A stretch of DNA of 63,792 bases, filler included, from Octopus bimaculoides (taxonomy: Eukaryota), in assembly GCF_001194135.2 (NCBI RefSeq). It is 7 parts of 6 records of this genome, joined end to end, with 100 filler letters (N's around TTAATTAATTAA, not from the genome) between each part and the next. Parts side by side here need not be neighbours in the genome. Positions count along the whole stretch, not along the records: positions 42,906 to 59,005 come from NC_068987.1; positions 59,106 to 61,313 come from NW_026336072.1; positions 61,414 to 62,566 come from NW_026427003.1; positions 62,667 to 63,792 come from NC_068985.1; 3 more parts are not named here. The stretch is one strand, 5' to 3'. Below are positions 52,238-63,792 of this stretch, piece by piece. A model generated the notes under the pieces. That model saw only the letters and a program-made list of their open reading frames with translations, did not search any database and was not told the DNA's origin. A program made the position numbers and the translations under genes. Every line of letters begins with the position of its first letter. Position 1 is the first letter of the stretch.

Positions 52238-53173
52238 TTAAGAAGAAGAAGAATATTTGGCTGCTTTCTTTATCATTCGAGTTATCATGTAGCGTTTCTA
52301 TAGTCTCAAAACTGTGGACAGCAGTTGTATAATAGTCTGGATACGGCATGTTTATTTTTGCCAATCTTGTTATTTTTATCAAAGTTGAAATGATAAACTC
52401 CATTTTAACTGATTTCGCATTGAAAACTTTTTAAGCGTTTAAAACAATAAATCCAAGCACTTAACTATCATGTTACCATCTTACCCTTGCAATATCTAAT
52501 TTCTTTAGGAGAACTCTGCTGACAATTCAAACATCTTTAATACACACACATATATTCACATGCACACATACACACACACACACACGCACATACATACATG
52601 CTTTTATTTGCACCAAATATAGTATATGGTGTTATTTTTTAATACTAGAGAAAGTATTATTTGGTTTCAGTTGTGCTTGCTTACTGCTGAGTCAATATTA
52701 TACTGTGTCTGTCTGTTAAGTAGATTAAACCGTCCAGCCATGTTATATGTCTCATCACTGGCAGCGATACCACATCAGCCTTCGGTGCTATATTGCCAGG
52801 AAAGATGTAAATTGAGATGAGTTCCAGATTATTCATGAAAGCAATGAAAAATTTTGTGATAATAGCAGAACATTTGAAAATTAATGATGGAATTAAAGGA
52901 ATGTTGGAAAACCAAATGACGAAAATAATGAGGAAGCTGCTTATTTCTGTGGATGCAAATTTTGTTATATTCTGTGGTAAAACTTTTTATTCCTCATTGT
53001 CTCCAGGAGCAGGCATGGCTGTGTGGTTTAGGAACTTGCTTCAAAAAATCACAGGCTTTTAGGTTCAGTCTCACTGTGTGCAGCAACTTGGTCAAGTGTC
53101 TTCAACTATAGCCCCCCCCCAGGTTGACCAATGTCATGTGAGTGAATTTGATAGATGGAAACTGTATGGAAGC

Positions 53174-53221
<48 letters not shown>

Positions 53222-53829
53222 ATCATCATCAACATCATTATCATCATTTAACATCTGTTGTCCATGCTGGAATGGGCTGGATGGTTTGACCAGGGCTGGT
53301 AAGCTGGAAGGCTACACCAGACTCCAGTCTGTTTTGGCATGGTTGTCTACGGCTGGATGCCCTTCCTAATGCCAACCACTCCAAGAGTGTAATGGGTGCT
53401 TTCACATGCCGCCGGCATGGGTGCCAATTTGTGTAACACCAGTATCTGCCTTGACTGTGATTTTGCTCGGCTTGATGGGTCTTCTTCTCAAGCACAACAT
53501 TATGCCAAAGGTCTCGGTCATTGCCTCCATGAGGCCCCATGCTCGAAAGGAACTCAGCCACTTTGCTTCCATGAGGCCCGTGTGTGTGTGTGTTTTGATT
53601 GTTATGTTTGTCTGACTCCCTCCTCTATTTGATAACCAATGTTGGTTTGTTTATGTCCCCATAACTTAGTGGCTTGGTGAAAAAGACTTGTAGAATAACT
53701 ACCAAGCTTGAAAAATAAGTGTTGGGAGTCATTTGTTTGACTAAACTTCTGAAGACAGTATTACAGCAAGGCTGCAGTTCAATGATTGAAACAAACAAGA
53801 AATATACAATAGCATAATTATTTTGTTTG

Positions 53830-54130
53830 CCTTCCTATGTTTGCATCATTTGGCCAGGTGTTCCACTGTACAGCATCCTGTCGCTTGTTGAGGCCCTTTT
53901 CATCTTCTTTATGAGTTGCAACATCCTGAGATCAGCCCTCACCACATCCTCTCAAGCCTTCCCTGGTTTTCTCTTCCCCTTGAATCATTTGGTACTTCTT
54001 TTCTCAACCTTTGTCTTCCTAGGATACGAGACATTCTTGCACAGCTGTTTCAGTGCCACCCATTTGGCAACACTTATCAGTCGCTGAGATATTTGACATC
54101 AGATGTTGTAGCATTTCACTCCTGTTAAGG
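53830..54130 (-). mobile_element. RTE LINE 3' fragment
   Basis: Minus strand reads ...EDVVRADLRML, similar to 31770-31850. Confidence 0.65.
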
Positions 54131-55551
54131 TTTCTCTCATTCTCTCCTCCTTTCTCTTCCTCTCTCTGTTTATGGGTGAGGATATATTCTATTGCAAGTG
54201 TATGAGGAGAGAGAAAGTGTGTACACCAACTGAATTCAATTAATAAACTGAGGTCAAATACTAATCAGTTGAAACAGTAGGTGGGGCCCCCACATCAGTG
54301 AGGGGAAACTAGTGCTCTGTAAAGCCATTGAGAGGAAGGCCCCAAAGCAGTGCGCATTCTCTCCTGGTGACCCCTGAAAAGTTCTGGCATCCAGCATGCA
54401 GAACTTTTGACTGACTGCACTTGCATTAACAAGCTGTTTCCAACTCTCTCTCTCTCCCCCTTTCTTTCTATCTCTCTCTCCTTTCTCTTTCTCTCTCCTT
54501 TCTCTTTCTCTCTCTCCCTCTCTCTCTTTCTGTCTTTCTCTCACTCTCTCTCTTTCAGTCATTCTAACATATGTGTATATTTCTCTGTGCACATGTGTGT
54601 GTGTATGTGGATGTGTGTTTGCCTCTAGTACCAAAAAGTGCAGTTGCCAAAACAGGGTGAATGTTTGGTCATCCAAGACAAATTGGCAGTATCCATACAT
54701 CTGCACCCAATCATTTCATTCCACACCTTATATCTATCGATACCAGCGTAGTCTTTCTTTTACACATTACATCTGGTTCACTTCTTCACTCAAAATCATT
54801 TTGTGTTCCATCATTCAATCACATTAACACTACACATCCATCAGCGCATGTTTGATTCATATCTTCCCAGCCTTCACACATTTTCTGCAATCAATGCTCA
54901 TGTTTACTGCTTTACAGTACTGCACTTTGTACACAAACATCATAGAATCTGTTTATCTCCAAGAGAAAATCACTTTTATTGTCCACAGAGAGCCTACATT
55001 TTCCCCCGCCTTTTATCACTCTGGTTATTTTGCTTCCAGATCACACACCTCTGCTAACGTAATGAATGGGAGACTTTCAGGAATTTGAAAGAATTCAGTT
55101 AATGTATGCTGTTTTTGACTTTTTCATTTCTCAGCATCTGTTAGAAACAAAGTCCTTACCTGTCAATTTACACCTTTTTTGATCCATCATCACCATTAAT
55201 TTCATACCTGACCAATACACAAATATGGGCTTCGGTTTCATATTGGTTTCAAATTTTGACATAGGGCCAGCAATATCGGGGGAGGGGATAAGTCAATTAC
55301 ATCGATCCCAATGTGTAACTGGTACTTATTTCATCAGCCTAAAAAAGACAAAAAGCAAAGTTGCACTCAGTGGGATTTGAACTCAGAATGTAAAGAGAGA
55401 CGAAATGCCTCTCAGCAATTTGTCTGGCATGCTAATAATTCTGCCAGTTTGTCATCTTAGGGCTTTCATTTCCATATTGCCAGCAGAATTTCCTCCTGTA
55501 TGTGTGTATGTCTCCTTGAGTGCAGTGATAAAAAAATTATAGTAATTTAAC

Positions 55552-55926
55552 ATCATAATGATCATGATCATTATCATCATCATCACCACCGTCATCATGA
55601 TCATCGTCATGATCATGATCATCATTGTCACCATGATCATCGTCATCACCATTATCATCATTGTCATCATCATCATCATTGTTGTCATCGTCATCATCGT
55701 CATCGTCATCATCATCATCATTGTCATCGTCGTCATCATTGTAATTGTCGTCGTCATCATCATTGTCATTGTCGTTGTCATCGTCATCATCATCGTCATT
55801 GTCGTCATCATCATCGTCATCATCATCGTCATTGTCGTTGTCATCGTCATCATCATAGTCGTCGTCGTCATCATCGTCATTGTCGTTGTCATCATCATCA
55901 TCATTGTCGTCGTCACCATCATCATC
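55552..55926. repeat. Degenerate (CAT/CGT)n trinucleotide tract
   Basis: Read directly. Forms the expanded tail of the D repeat starting near 55926. Confidence 0.9.
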
Positions 55927-56619
55927 ACCTTTAACAACCATTTCCATGCTGGCATGGGCTGGATAGTTTCACAGGAGTCAGTAAGCTGGAGAGCTGCACC
56001 ATGCATCGATTGTCTGTTCTGACACAGTTTCTATGGCTGGATGCCCTTCCTAACGTCAATCACTTCATAAAGTATATTGCTTACTTTTCACAGGGCACCA
56101 GCACATCTACTTTCTACGTGGCACTGGCACAAGTGCCTTTTACAAGACACTAGCACGTAAACGATAAAAGTTAAAAGATTAGTTTCTGACAAAGCAATCT
56201 GATAACTTTCAACAAATTCTTTAAATGCTGTCATAGTTTTAATGTTCGATTTCAAGAAACCACAATATTTTGAGTTCTTAACACTCTATTTATTGTTTCA
56301 TAGAATATTTTGTTCTGCATATTCCTTACAGTTAGTTTCTTGGCTTTTTTTTTTTTTTTTCTATGCTGAATGCAAAAGTGAGTATTTGATATACATTATA
56401 CACACCGTATGAACAAAGAAACAAGAACTAAGACATGGAGAGCTAAACTGCACTTAGTACTTATTTATTATTTTTCGGTTGATACTTTATCTCTATTCAA
56501 TGTCCATATAGAAATGTATTCGTTGAACAATCCTCATTTAATTAGTTCTCATTTTTTTTTTCATCATATNNNNNNNNNNNNNNNNNNNNNNNNNNNNNNN
56601 NNNNNNNNNNNNNNNNNNN

Positions 56620-56676
<57 letters not shown>

Positions 56677-56993
56677 TATGTATATATATGTATATATATG
56701 TCTACACATAAATATATATATATGTAGATATAGATATATATTCATATATATATATACACATACATATATATAGACACATGTATATATAGATATATGTATG
56801 TATTATATATATATCCCCATATATGTATATACACACACACACATGTGTATACATTTTTGTATATATGTATGCATATATATATAGTGTGTATGTGTGTATA
56901 TAGATATATATATAAATATATGTATATATATCCATATATATACATATACATGTGTGTGTATGTACATATATATTTGTTTGTATATACGTTTGT

Positions 56994-57069
<76 letters not shown>

Positions 57070-58519
57070 TGTACTATCAGGTAAATATTCAAAGCCACAA
57101 GTATTTAACAGACCAAACAACCTCATTTATCATGTTTCACACTTTCAATATATGTAATTACAAGTGTTTTTTTTTTCAATCACTTTCTTTAAAAGTGTTG
57201 AATTATTGGAATGCATAAANNNNNNNNNNNNNNNNNNNNNNNNNNNNNNNNNNNNNNNNNNNNNNNNNNNNNNNNNNNNNNNNNNNNNNNNNNNNNNNNN
57301 NNNNNNNNNNNNNNNNNNNNNNNNNNNNNNNNNNNNNNNNNNNNNNNNNNNNNNNNNNNNNNNNNNNNNNNNNNNNNNNNNNNNNNNNNNNNNNNNNNNN
57401 NNNNNNNNNNNNNNNNNNNNNNNNNNNNNNNNNNNNNNNNNNNNNNNNNNNNNNNNNNNNNNNNNNNNNNNNNNNNNNNTCAGACATATATATTAAATTA
57501 AATTTCCAAATTGTGAAAAACAGATTTTTAATAATGTACTAAAATCATTATTCAAAATTACATTTCACCAACATACACTAAATTCTTGTTAATATGTCAG
57601 TAATTTTCAGAACAAGATTCTATAAGAATTGTTATTCTGAAATCTTAAATTCAAGTCTTTTATAAAATTTAATAAATACATTTGGATATCATTTAAGAAG
57701 GAGATTAAATGTGCTTTTTGGAAAGAAACCTAGGCAGCAAGCTGGCAGAATCGTTAGCACGCCAGGCGAAATGCTTAGCGGTATTTCATCTGTCTTTATG
57801 TTCTGAGTTCAAATTCTGCTGAGGTCGATTTTGCTTTTCATCTTTTTGGGGTCAATAAATAAAGTACCAGTTGGATACTGGGGTCGATCTAATTGACTAT
57901 CCCTCCTCCTCCAATTTCAGGTGTTGTGCCTATAATAGAAAAAATTATTTTGCTTCGCTTCTCTCCCAGAAGTCCACTTCGCTGCAGACCAACTTCCTAG
58001 CTAGCCTGCAGTGAAGTTCCTGTCTGCAGTTCATCTGTCATGAATCTTACCCTATACTATAATTATATTCTTCTTCTACTTGTTTCAGTTATTGGGTTGT
58101 GGCCATGCTGGAGCACCCCTTGAACAGTTTTAGTTGAAAAGGTCAACACCAGTACTTTATATCATTTTAACTCTGGTATTTATTCTATCAGTATCTTTTG
58201 CCAAACCACTAAGTTACAAAGACGTAAACAACACAAGTTGTGAAGCAATGGCAGTGACAAACAGGCACAGACATACAAACTCACACATACACACACACAC
58301 ATTTGCCTGTCTATTCTTGAAAGGGATGGTCAAACTTACTTTAACTTACTTTAATTTCATCTGGACTAGTTACTCATCACACACCTATGACATCATGTAC
58401 ATATTACTTATGAATATGGGTTATTACATAAGCTATGGGCTTCTTGAAACAGCTGCTGAGACAAAACATTACATAATTTTTTTCCTTTATTTTATAATCT
58501 TATTTTGTACTCCATATAA

Positions 58520-58715
58520 ATTGATGTCTGAAGCCTAACTGTGTTTTTCTCCTTGTTTTCTCCGTATCCTTTCTGTTGAAGAGTGTAGCTCGAAACGTTA
58601 AAGACTTTCTGTATTCCTGAGCATTAAACTAATACATCCTTTTGTTGTTTACACCACCTGTCCTCGTCTGTTGTTGTTTTTTTCGTAAATTCGCCCATAT
58701 ATATATGTGTGTATA
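58520..58715 (+). mobile_element. Penelope-like terminal repeat, second copy
   Basis: Colinear with 18040-18190. Confidence 0.6.
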
Positions 58716-59171
58716 TATATGAAAGGTATTGGTATGTAGAAGACCCAAAGAGTGTTGAGTAACACTAAGTAAGTGCTATGGACAGACTGTAGTTAAACTC
58801 TTGGTTCGATAATGATACAAGTGAGGAGTCTAATGTGGGTCTTGTAATCAGCATGCATATATATATTAGACAGAATGAGATAACAAAGCCAAGGCTGTGA
58901 GGTGTTTTTAGGAAATCTATAATGAAATAGTCTAATAGATATTTCTGGGATATTATGGATATCTCTTCATCAGAGACAGTGTGAGAATATATATACATAT
59001 ATATANNNNNNNNNNNNNNNNNNNNNNNNNNNNNNNNNNNNNNNNNNNNTTAATTAATTAANNNNNNNNNNNNNNNNNNNNNNNNNNNNNNNNNNNNNNN
59101 NNNNNAGTGGTGGTGTCGATCAAAAGGGATCGTAGGAAGGGAAAAAGGGGGAGTTCGATCAAAAGGGATCG

Positions 59172-59215
<44 letters not shown>

Positions 59216-60666
59216 TGAAGTTTACTTTGGCATTAGGAGACCCCTGATAACACACGTAGGGTTCCATAAAAATATATATGTAGGCGCAGGCGTGGTCAGA
59301 AGTTTGCTTTTCAACCACAAGGTTCCGGGTTCAGTCCCTTCGATAAGTATATTCTACTACAGCCCTTGGCCTACCGTAGCCTGGTGAGTGAATTTGATAG
59401 ACGGAAAATGAAACGAGCCTATATGTGTGCGCGTGTGCGCGGCGCGTGCATGTATGTGTGCATACTTGAGTGCGTATATACCTGAATATGTGTGCGTGTC
59501 TTGGTGGTTGTATTTTCCCCCACTACCGCTTGATAACCGGTGTTAGCATGTTTACGTCCCCGTAACTTACCAGTTCGGCAAAAAGATATCTCTAGAGTAA
59601 GTGCAAGGAATTAAAAATAAAAAATAAAAAATAGATACTGCGGTTAATTCGGTCGACTCACATGCTTCGAAACAGTGCCCCAGCATGGCCGCGGTCAAAT
59701 GACTGAAAGAAGTAAACTATAAAAGATACACATGTTCATATATCAATATATATATATATATATATATATANNNNNNNNNNNNNNNNNNNNNNNNNNNNNN
59801 NNNNNNNNNNNNNNNNNNNNNNNNNNNNNNNNNNNNNNNNNNNNNNNNNNNNNNNNNNNNNNNNNNNNNNNNNNNNNNNNNNNNNNNNNNNNNNNNNNNN
59901 NNNNNNNNNNNNNNNNNNNNNNNNNNNNNNNNNNNNNNNNNNNNNNNNNNNNNNNNNNNNNNNNNNNNNNNNNNNNNNNNNNNNNNNNNNNNNNNNNNNN
60001 NNNNNNNNNNNNNNNNNNNNNNNNNNNNNNNNNNNNNNNNNNNNNNNNNNNNNNNNNNNNNNNNNNNNNNNNNNNNNNNNNNNNNNNNNNNNNNNNNNNN
60101 NNNNNNNNNNNNNNNNNNNNNNNNNNNNNNNNNNNNNNNNNNNNNNNNNNNNNNNNNNNNNNNNNNNNNNNNNNNNNNNNNNNNNNNNNNNNNNNNNNNN
60201 NNNNNNNNNNNNNNNNNNNNNNNNNNNNNNNNNNNNNNNNNNNNNNNNNNNNNNNNNNNNNNNNNNNNNNNNNNNNNNNNNNNNNNNNNNNNNNNNNNNN
60301 NNNNNNNNNNNNNNNNNNNNNNNNNNNNNNNNNNNNNNNNNNNNNNNNNNNNNNNNNNNNNNNNNNNNNNNNNNNNNNNNNNNNNNNNNNNNNNNNNNNN
60401 NNNNNNNNNNNNNNNNNNNNNNNNNNNNNNNNNNNNNNNNNNNNNNNNNNNNNNNNNNNNNNNNNNNNNNNNNCAGTTTGAAGCTGGTTATAATTTTATC
60501 TTGTATTATTCTTTTACTGTATCTCTCTCTCTCTCCTCCTCCGGCTCCTCCTTCGCTTTTCCTCTCTCTCTCTCTCTCCTCTCAACACACTCACCACTAC
60601 CAACACCACCACCACCACCTTTTGTTAATTTATTTGTTTGCTTGCGTATTCTTGATTTACTCTCAG

Positions 60667-60745
60667 ACAATGCGCTCTTTATATTCGCCACATTAGCAGC
60701 GGAATGGACTAGTAAAGCAGGCAGATTTATCAGTGCCAATGTTTG
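60667..60745 (+). CDS. Candidate exon of an unidentified gene (NALFIFATLAAEWTSKAGRFISANV)
   Basis: TTTACTCTCAG acceptor, GTAAAA donor, one open frame, ends in phase 2. Confidence 0.3.
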
Positions 60746-61557
60746 GTAAAATCTTTTGTGTTACTATGAAAGGGAATTTCTTGAACATTGTTGAAGAAAT
60801 TTCTCATTGATAAAAGATCGAGAAATAATTGGAATTTAAACATGACCAAGTCCCCGATTCTTTTTACACGAAACTGTCTCTTTCTTTCTTTCTTCCTTTC
60901 CTTCTTTCTTTCTTTCTTCCTTTCCTTCTTTCTTTCTTTCTTTCTTTCTTCTCTTCTTTCTTTTATTCTTTCTTCCTTTCTTTCTATCTCTCTATGTCTT
61001 CATCTTCTCCTCACTCTCTTTCTCTCTCTCATTATCTCTTTCTTTCTTTCTGTCTCTATCTTTTATTTCTCTATCTCTCTCTTTATCAAACACACACGCA
61101 TCCCCCACCTCTCTCTCTCTTTCTCTCCATGTATCTATATCTATTTCTTTATATATCTCTCTTTCTCTCAATTTCTTTCTACCTTGTACACACACACACA
61201 CACACACACACGCGCGCGCGCACACGCACACAAATACACACATGCAAGCACACACTCATACACTCTATCACTATCTCTCTCTCTCTCTCTCTCTCTGTAT
61301 ATATATATATATANNNNNNNNNNNNNNNNNNNNNNNNNNNNNNNNNNNNNNNNNNNNTTAATTAATTAANNNNNNNNNNNNNNNNNNNNNNNNNNNNNNN
61401 NNNNNNNNNNNNNGTTGTGGTCACCTGATAGGTAGCATTATTTTTCGGCATTAATTTGTGAATATAAAATTCTATTTTATAAAGTATAGCAAGTTTTCAT
61501 ATAAGTGCAGACATGTAAACGTAATTTACTATAAATTGAAATATCTATTACACGCAG

Positions 61558-61601
61558 GATGTTGCGAAACGGCAGTAATCCTGAGGATGGCAAGTGGTTA
61601 G
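61558..61601 (+). CDS. Candidate exon of an unidentified gene (MLRNGSNPEDGKWL)
   Basis: ACGCAG acceptor and GTAAAT donor on a GC-richer island in AT-rich DNA. Its phase matches the 60667 candidate. Confidence 0.35.
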
Positions 61602-62527
61602 GTAAATATATTCACCTCTCATGCCTCCTGTTGTAATAAAATGAAAGTTAGCTATAAACATTTAGCCTTCTCTTCATCAATAATTAAAATTCTCTATATA
61701 ATTATTTAATTTATCAACAAAACAAACTGTAAAACTTAAAATGAAGTTTTAAATTTTATATGTTCTTAGGCTACTAAATAAAATTGCAAGATTAGAAACT
61801 AAGAGAATATAATTAACATAAAAACTAAAATAAAAAGGAAATACACAAAACAAATAACTGAGAATATTATATTGTATGTAATCAAATTACCACAAACATT
61901 TTTGTTAGAAGAGCCTAAAGTTATTGCCACATTACTACTGTGCTTTTCAAGTTACAGTAGCCTTTGGCACTACAATCATACAAAACATTAGATGTTCTAA
62001 ATCATATTTTCATTAGATAAAAAAATGTCATCCTTTTTTATATATTTTATACAATTTTTATATATTTATGAAATTTTATTTCACATTACTGTATATTTTA
62101 TTGATTCTCTCCCCACCCAAATATATCTCGATTCTGCACCCTTTGTCTCTAATCATTTCATCTTAATTGTATCTCTGCAATCTATCATGTCAGATCGTGA
62201 CAGCTAATCACTCTACGAGTGAAATTAAAAAAGATGAATGCATTTAATGGAACAATTATTGTGATTATTTTGACTAACAAAGGCAGAAAAATAGGTTAGA
62301 CGAATATGAACAATAGGTCCAGGCAAAACTGTTCATTCCGTTGGAATCAATAATAATGAGATACTCAATTAAGGTAAACCCATAAGAATTGATTTCTCAA
62401 TCATAAATAACATTATTTTGAAAACTATTAACTATCTTTTAAAATTACAAAAATATTTATATAGTTTTATGTATCTGAATATATATGCGTGTGCGTGAGT
62501 GTTTATGTCTGTGTACATATATTATTA

Positions 62528-62566
<39 letters not shown>

Positions 62567-62889
62567 NNNNNNNNNNNNNNNNNNNNNNNNNNNNNNNNNN
62601 NNNNNNNNNNTTAATTAATTAANNNNNNNNNNNNNNNNNNNNNNNNNNNNNNNNNNNNNNNNNNNNCGTGCGGGTGACACGTAAAAGCACCCACTACACT
62701 CTCTGAGTGGTTGGCGTTAGGAAGGGCATCCAGCTGTAGAAACTCTGCCAAATCAGACTGGAGCCTGGTGTTGCCATCCGGTTTCACCAGTCCTCAGTCA
62801 AATCGTCCAACCCATGCTAGCATGGAAAGCGGACGTTAAACGATGATGATGATGATGATATACATACACACACACATAAATATTATATC

Positions 62890-63112
62890 TTTTATCTTTT
62901 ACTTGTTTCAGTCATTAAACTGTGCCCATGCTGGGACACCCTTGAGAAGGTTTTAGTCAAATGAATTGACCCCAGTACTTATTCTATCAGTCTCTCTTGC
63001 TAGACCACTAAGTTACAGGGATATAAACACATGAATACTGGCTGTCAAGTGATCATGGTAGACAAACAAAGATACAAATACGCACACACACACACAGATA
63101 TGTGCGTGTGTA

Positions 63113-63144
<32 letters not shown>

Positions 63145-63303
63145 CAACAAGCTTCTTTCAGTTTCCGTCAATCAAATCTAATCACAAGGTTTTGATCAGT
63201 TCAAGACTTTAGTAGAAGACACTTGCCCAAGGTGCCATGCCTTGAGACTGAACCCAGAACAATGTGGTTGGAAAGCAAGCTTCTTACCACACAGCCACAC
63301 CTA
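62890..63303 (-). mobile_element. SINE family A, long form
   Basis: Reverse complement of the 19911 copy with an internal microsatellite. Confidence 0.8.
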
Positions 63304-63792
63304 GACATATCAAATTGATCTATTTTCCAATAGATGAAAAACCTTAATCAATTTTCAACCTTTATTGGGGATCTCATCAGGTACCTACATCACTTGACTA
63401 ATCCTAGAGAAACAAGTAGCCAATCCATTGATATATGCATCAAATCTAAAAGCTCCACAGAACTGGGATTGCTAATCTACATATTACAAATATTTAATAT
63501 TTTATGTAATATCACAGGGCATCATGGGTGAGTGTCTTCTATTACAGCTTCAGCTTGACTTCAGATGCTCATCATTTGTCCAATTACATTTTTTGTTCAT
63601 GATAGCTCTGCTTTAAAAGCCAGTCTTGTTTATGCAGTGTCACTTTATGTCTGATAACTCAGCAGTTCAAGAAATATAGATTAATAAAGTAAATACTAGA
63701 CTATAATAAGAACTGCGGCAGGTATGATTAACAAAAGCTTTGGAGACAATGACCCATTATGACCACAGTCCATTGACCAAAACCAATATATA

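Noticed and set aside
55452-56022. Poly-Asp/Met/Ile ORFs
   Set aside because: Same cause: the expanded trinucleotide tail of a family D repeat.
59115-59170. 17-bp direct repeat TCGATCAAAAGGGATCG with a short spacer, superficially CRISPR-like
   Set aside because: Only two units at a contig edge in eukaryotic DNA, with no array and no cas genes.

Overview
Eukaryotic, AT-rich, microsatellite-dense draft genomic DNA with many N gaps. The repeat landscape (tRNA-derived SINEs, RTE LINEs, (GAT)n/(TATC)n tracts) looks like an octopus-type cephalopod; this is an inference, not a database match. There is no prokaryotic content and no CRISPR array. The one well-supported gene is a minus-strand SLC36/PAT-type proton-coupled amino acid transporter (about 465 aa). 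Eight coding exons can be read between 27870 and 39823 with GT-AG sites and consistent phases, except at one junction where a ninth exon is required and probably lies in the N gap at 33191-33898. The rest is mostly transposon fossils: a decayed Helitron (about 715-4400), a full-length but broken piggyBac inserted in the TTAA at the 3' end of an RTE LINE, RTE, Tx1/L1 and R4/Dong-like LINE pieces, mariner, pogo-, hAT- and Merlin-like elements, and at least five short-repeat families. The most interesting structural signals are an 83-bp near-perfect hairpin next to a splice acceptor, inverted repeats bracketing three exons, a 500-bp fold-back, two minimal hammerhead-like folds in Penelope-like ends, and a possible second unannotated gene near 60.7-61.6 kb. 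Six 100-bp N44-TTAATTAATTAA-N44 spacers are assembly linkers, so contiguity across them is unproven. I see no clear-cut new biological system; the findings are hypotheses. All alignments were made by eye, and repeat boundaries are approximate unless a TIR or TSD is cited.
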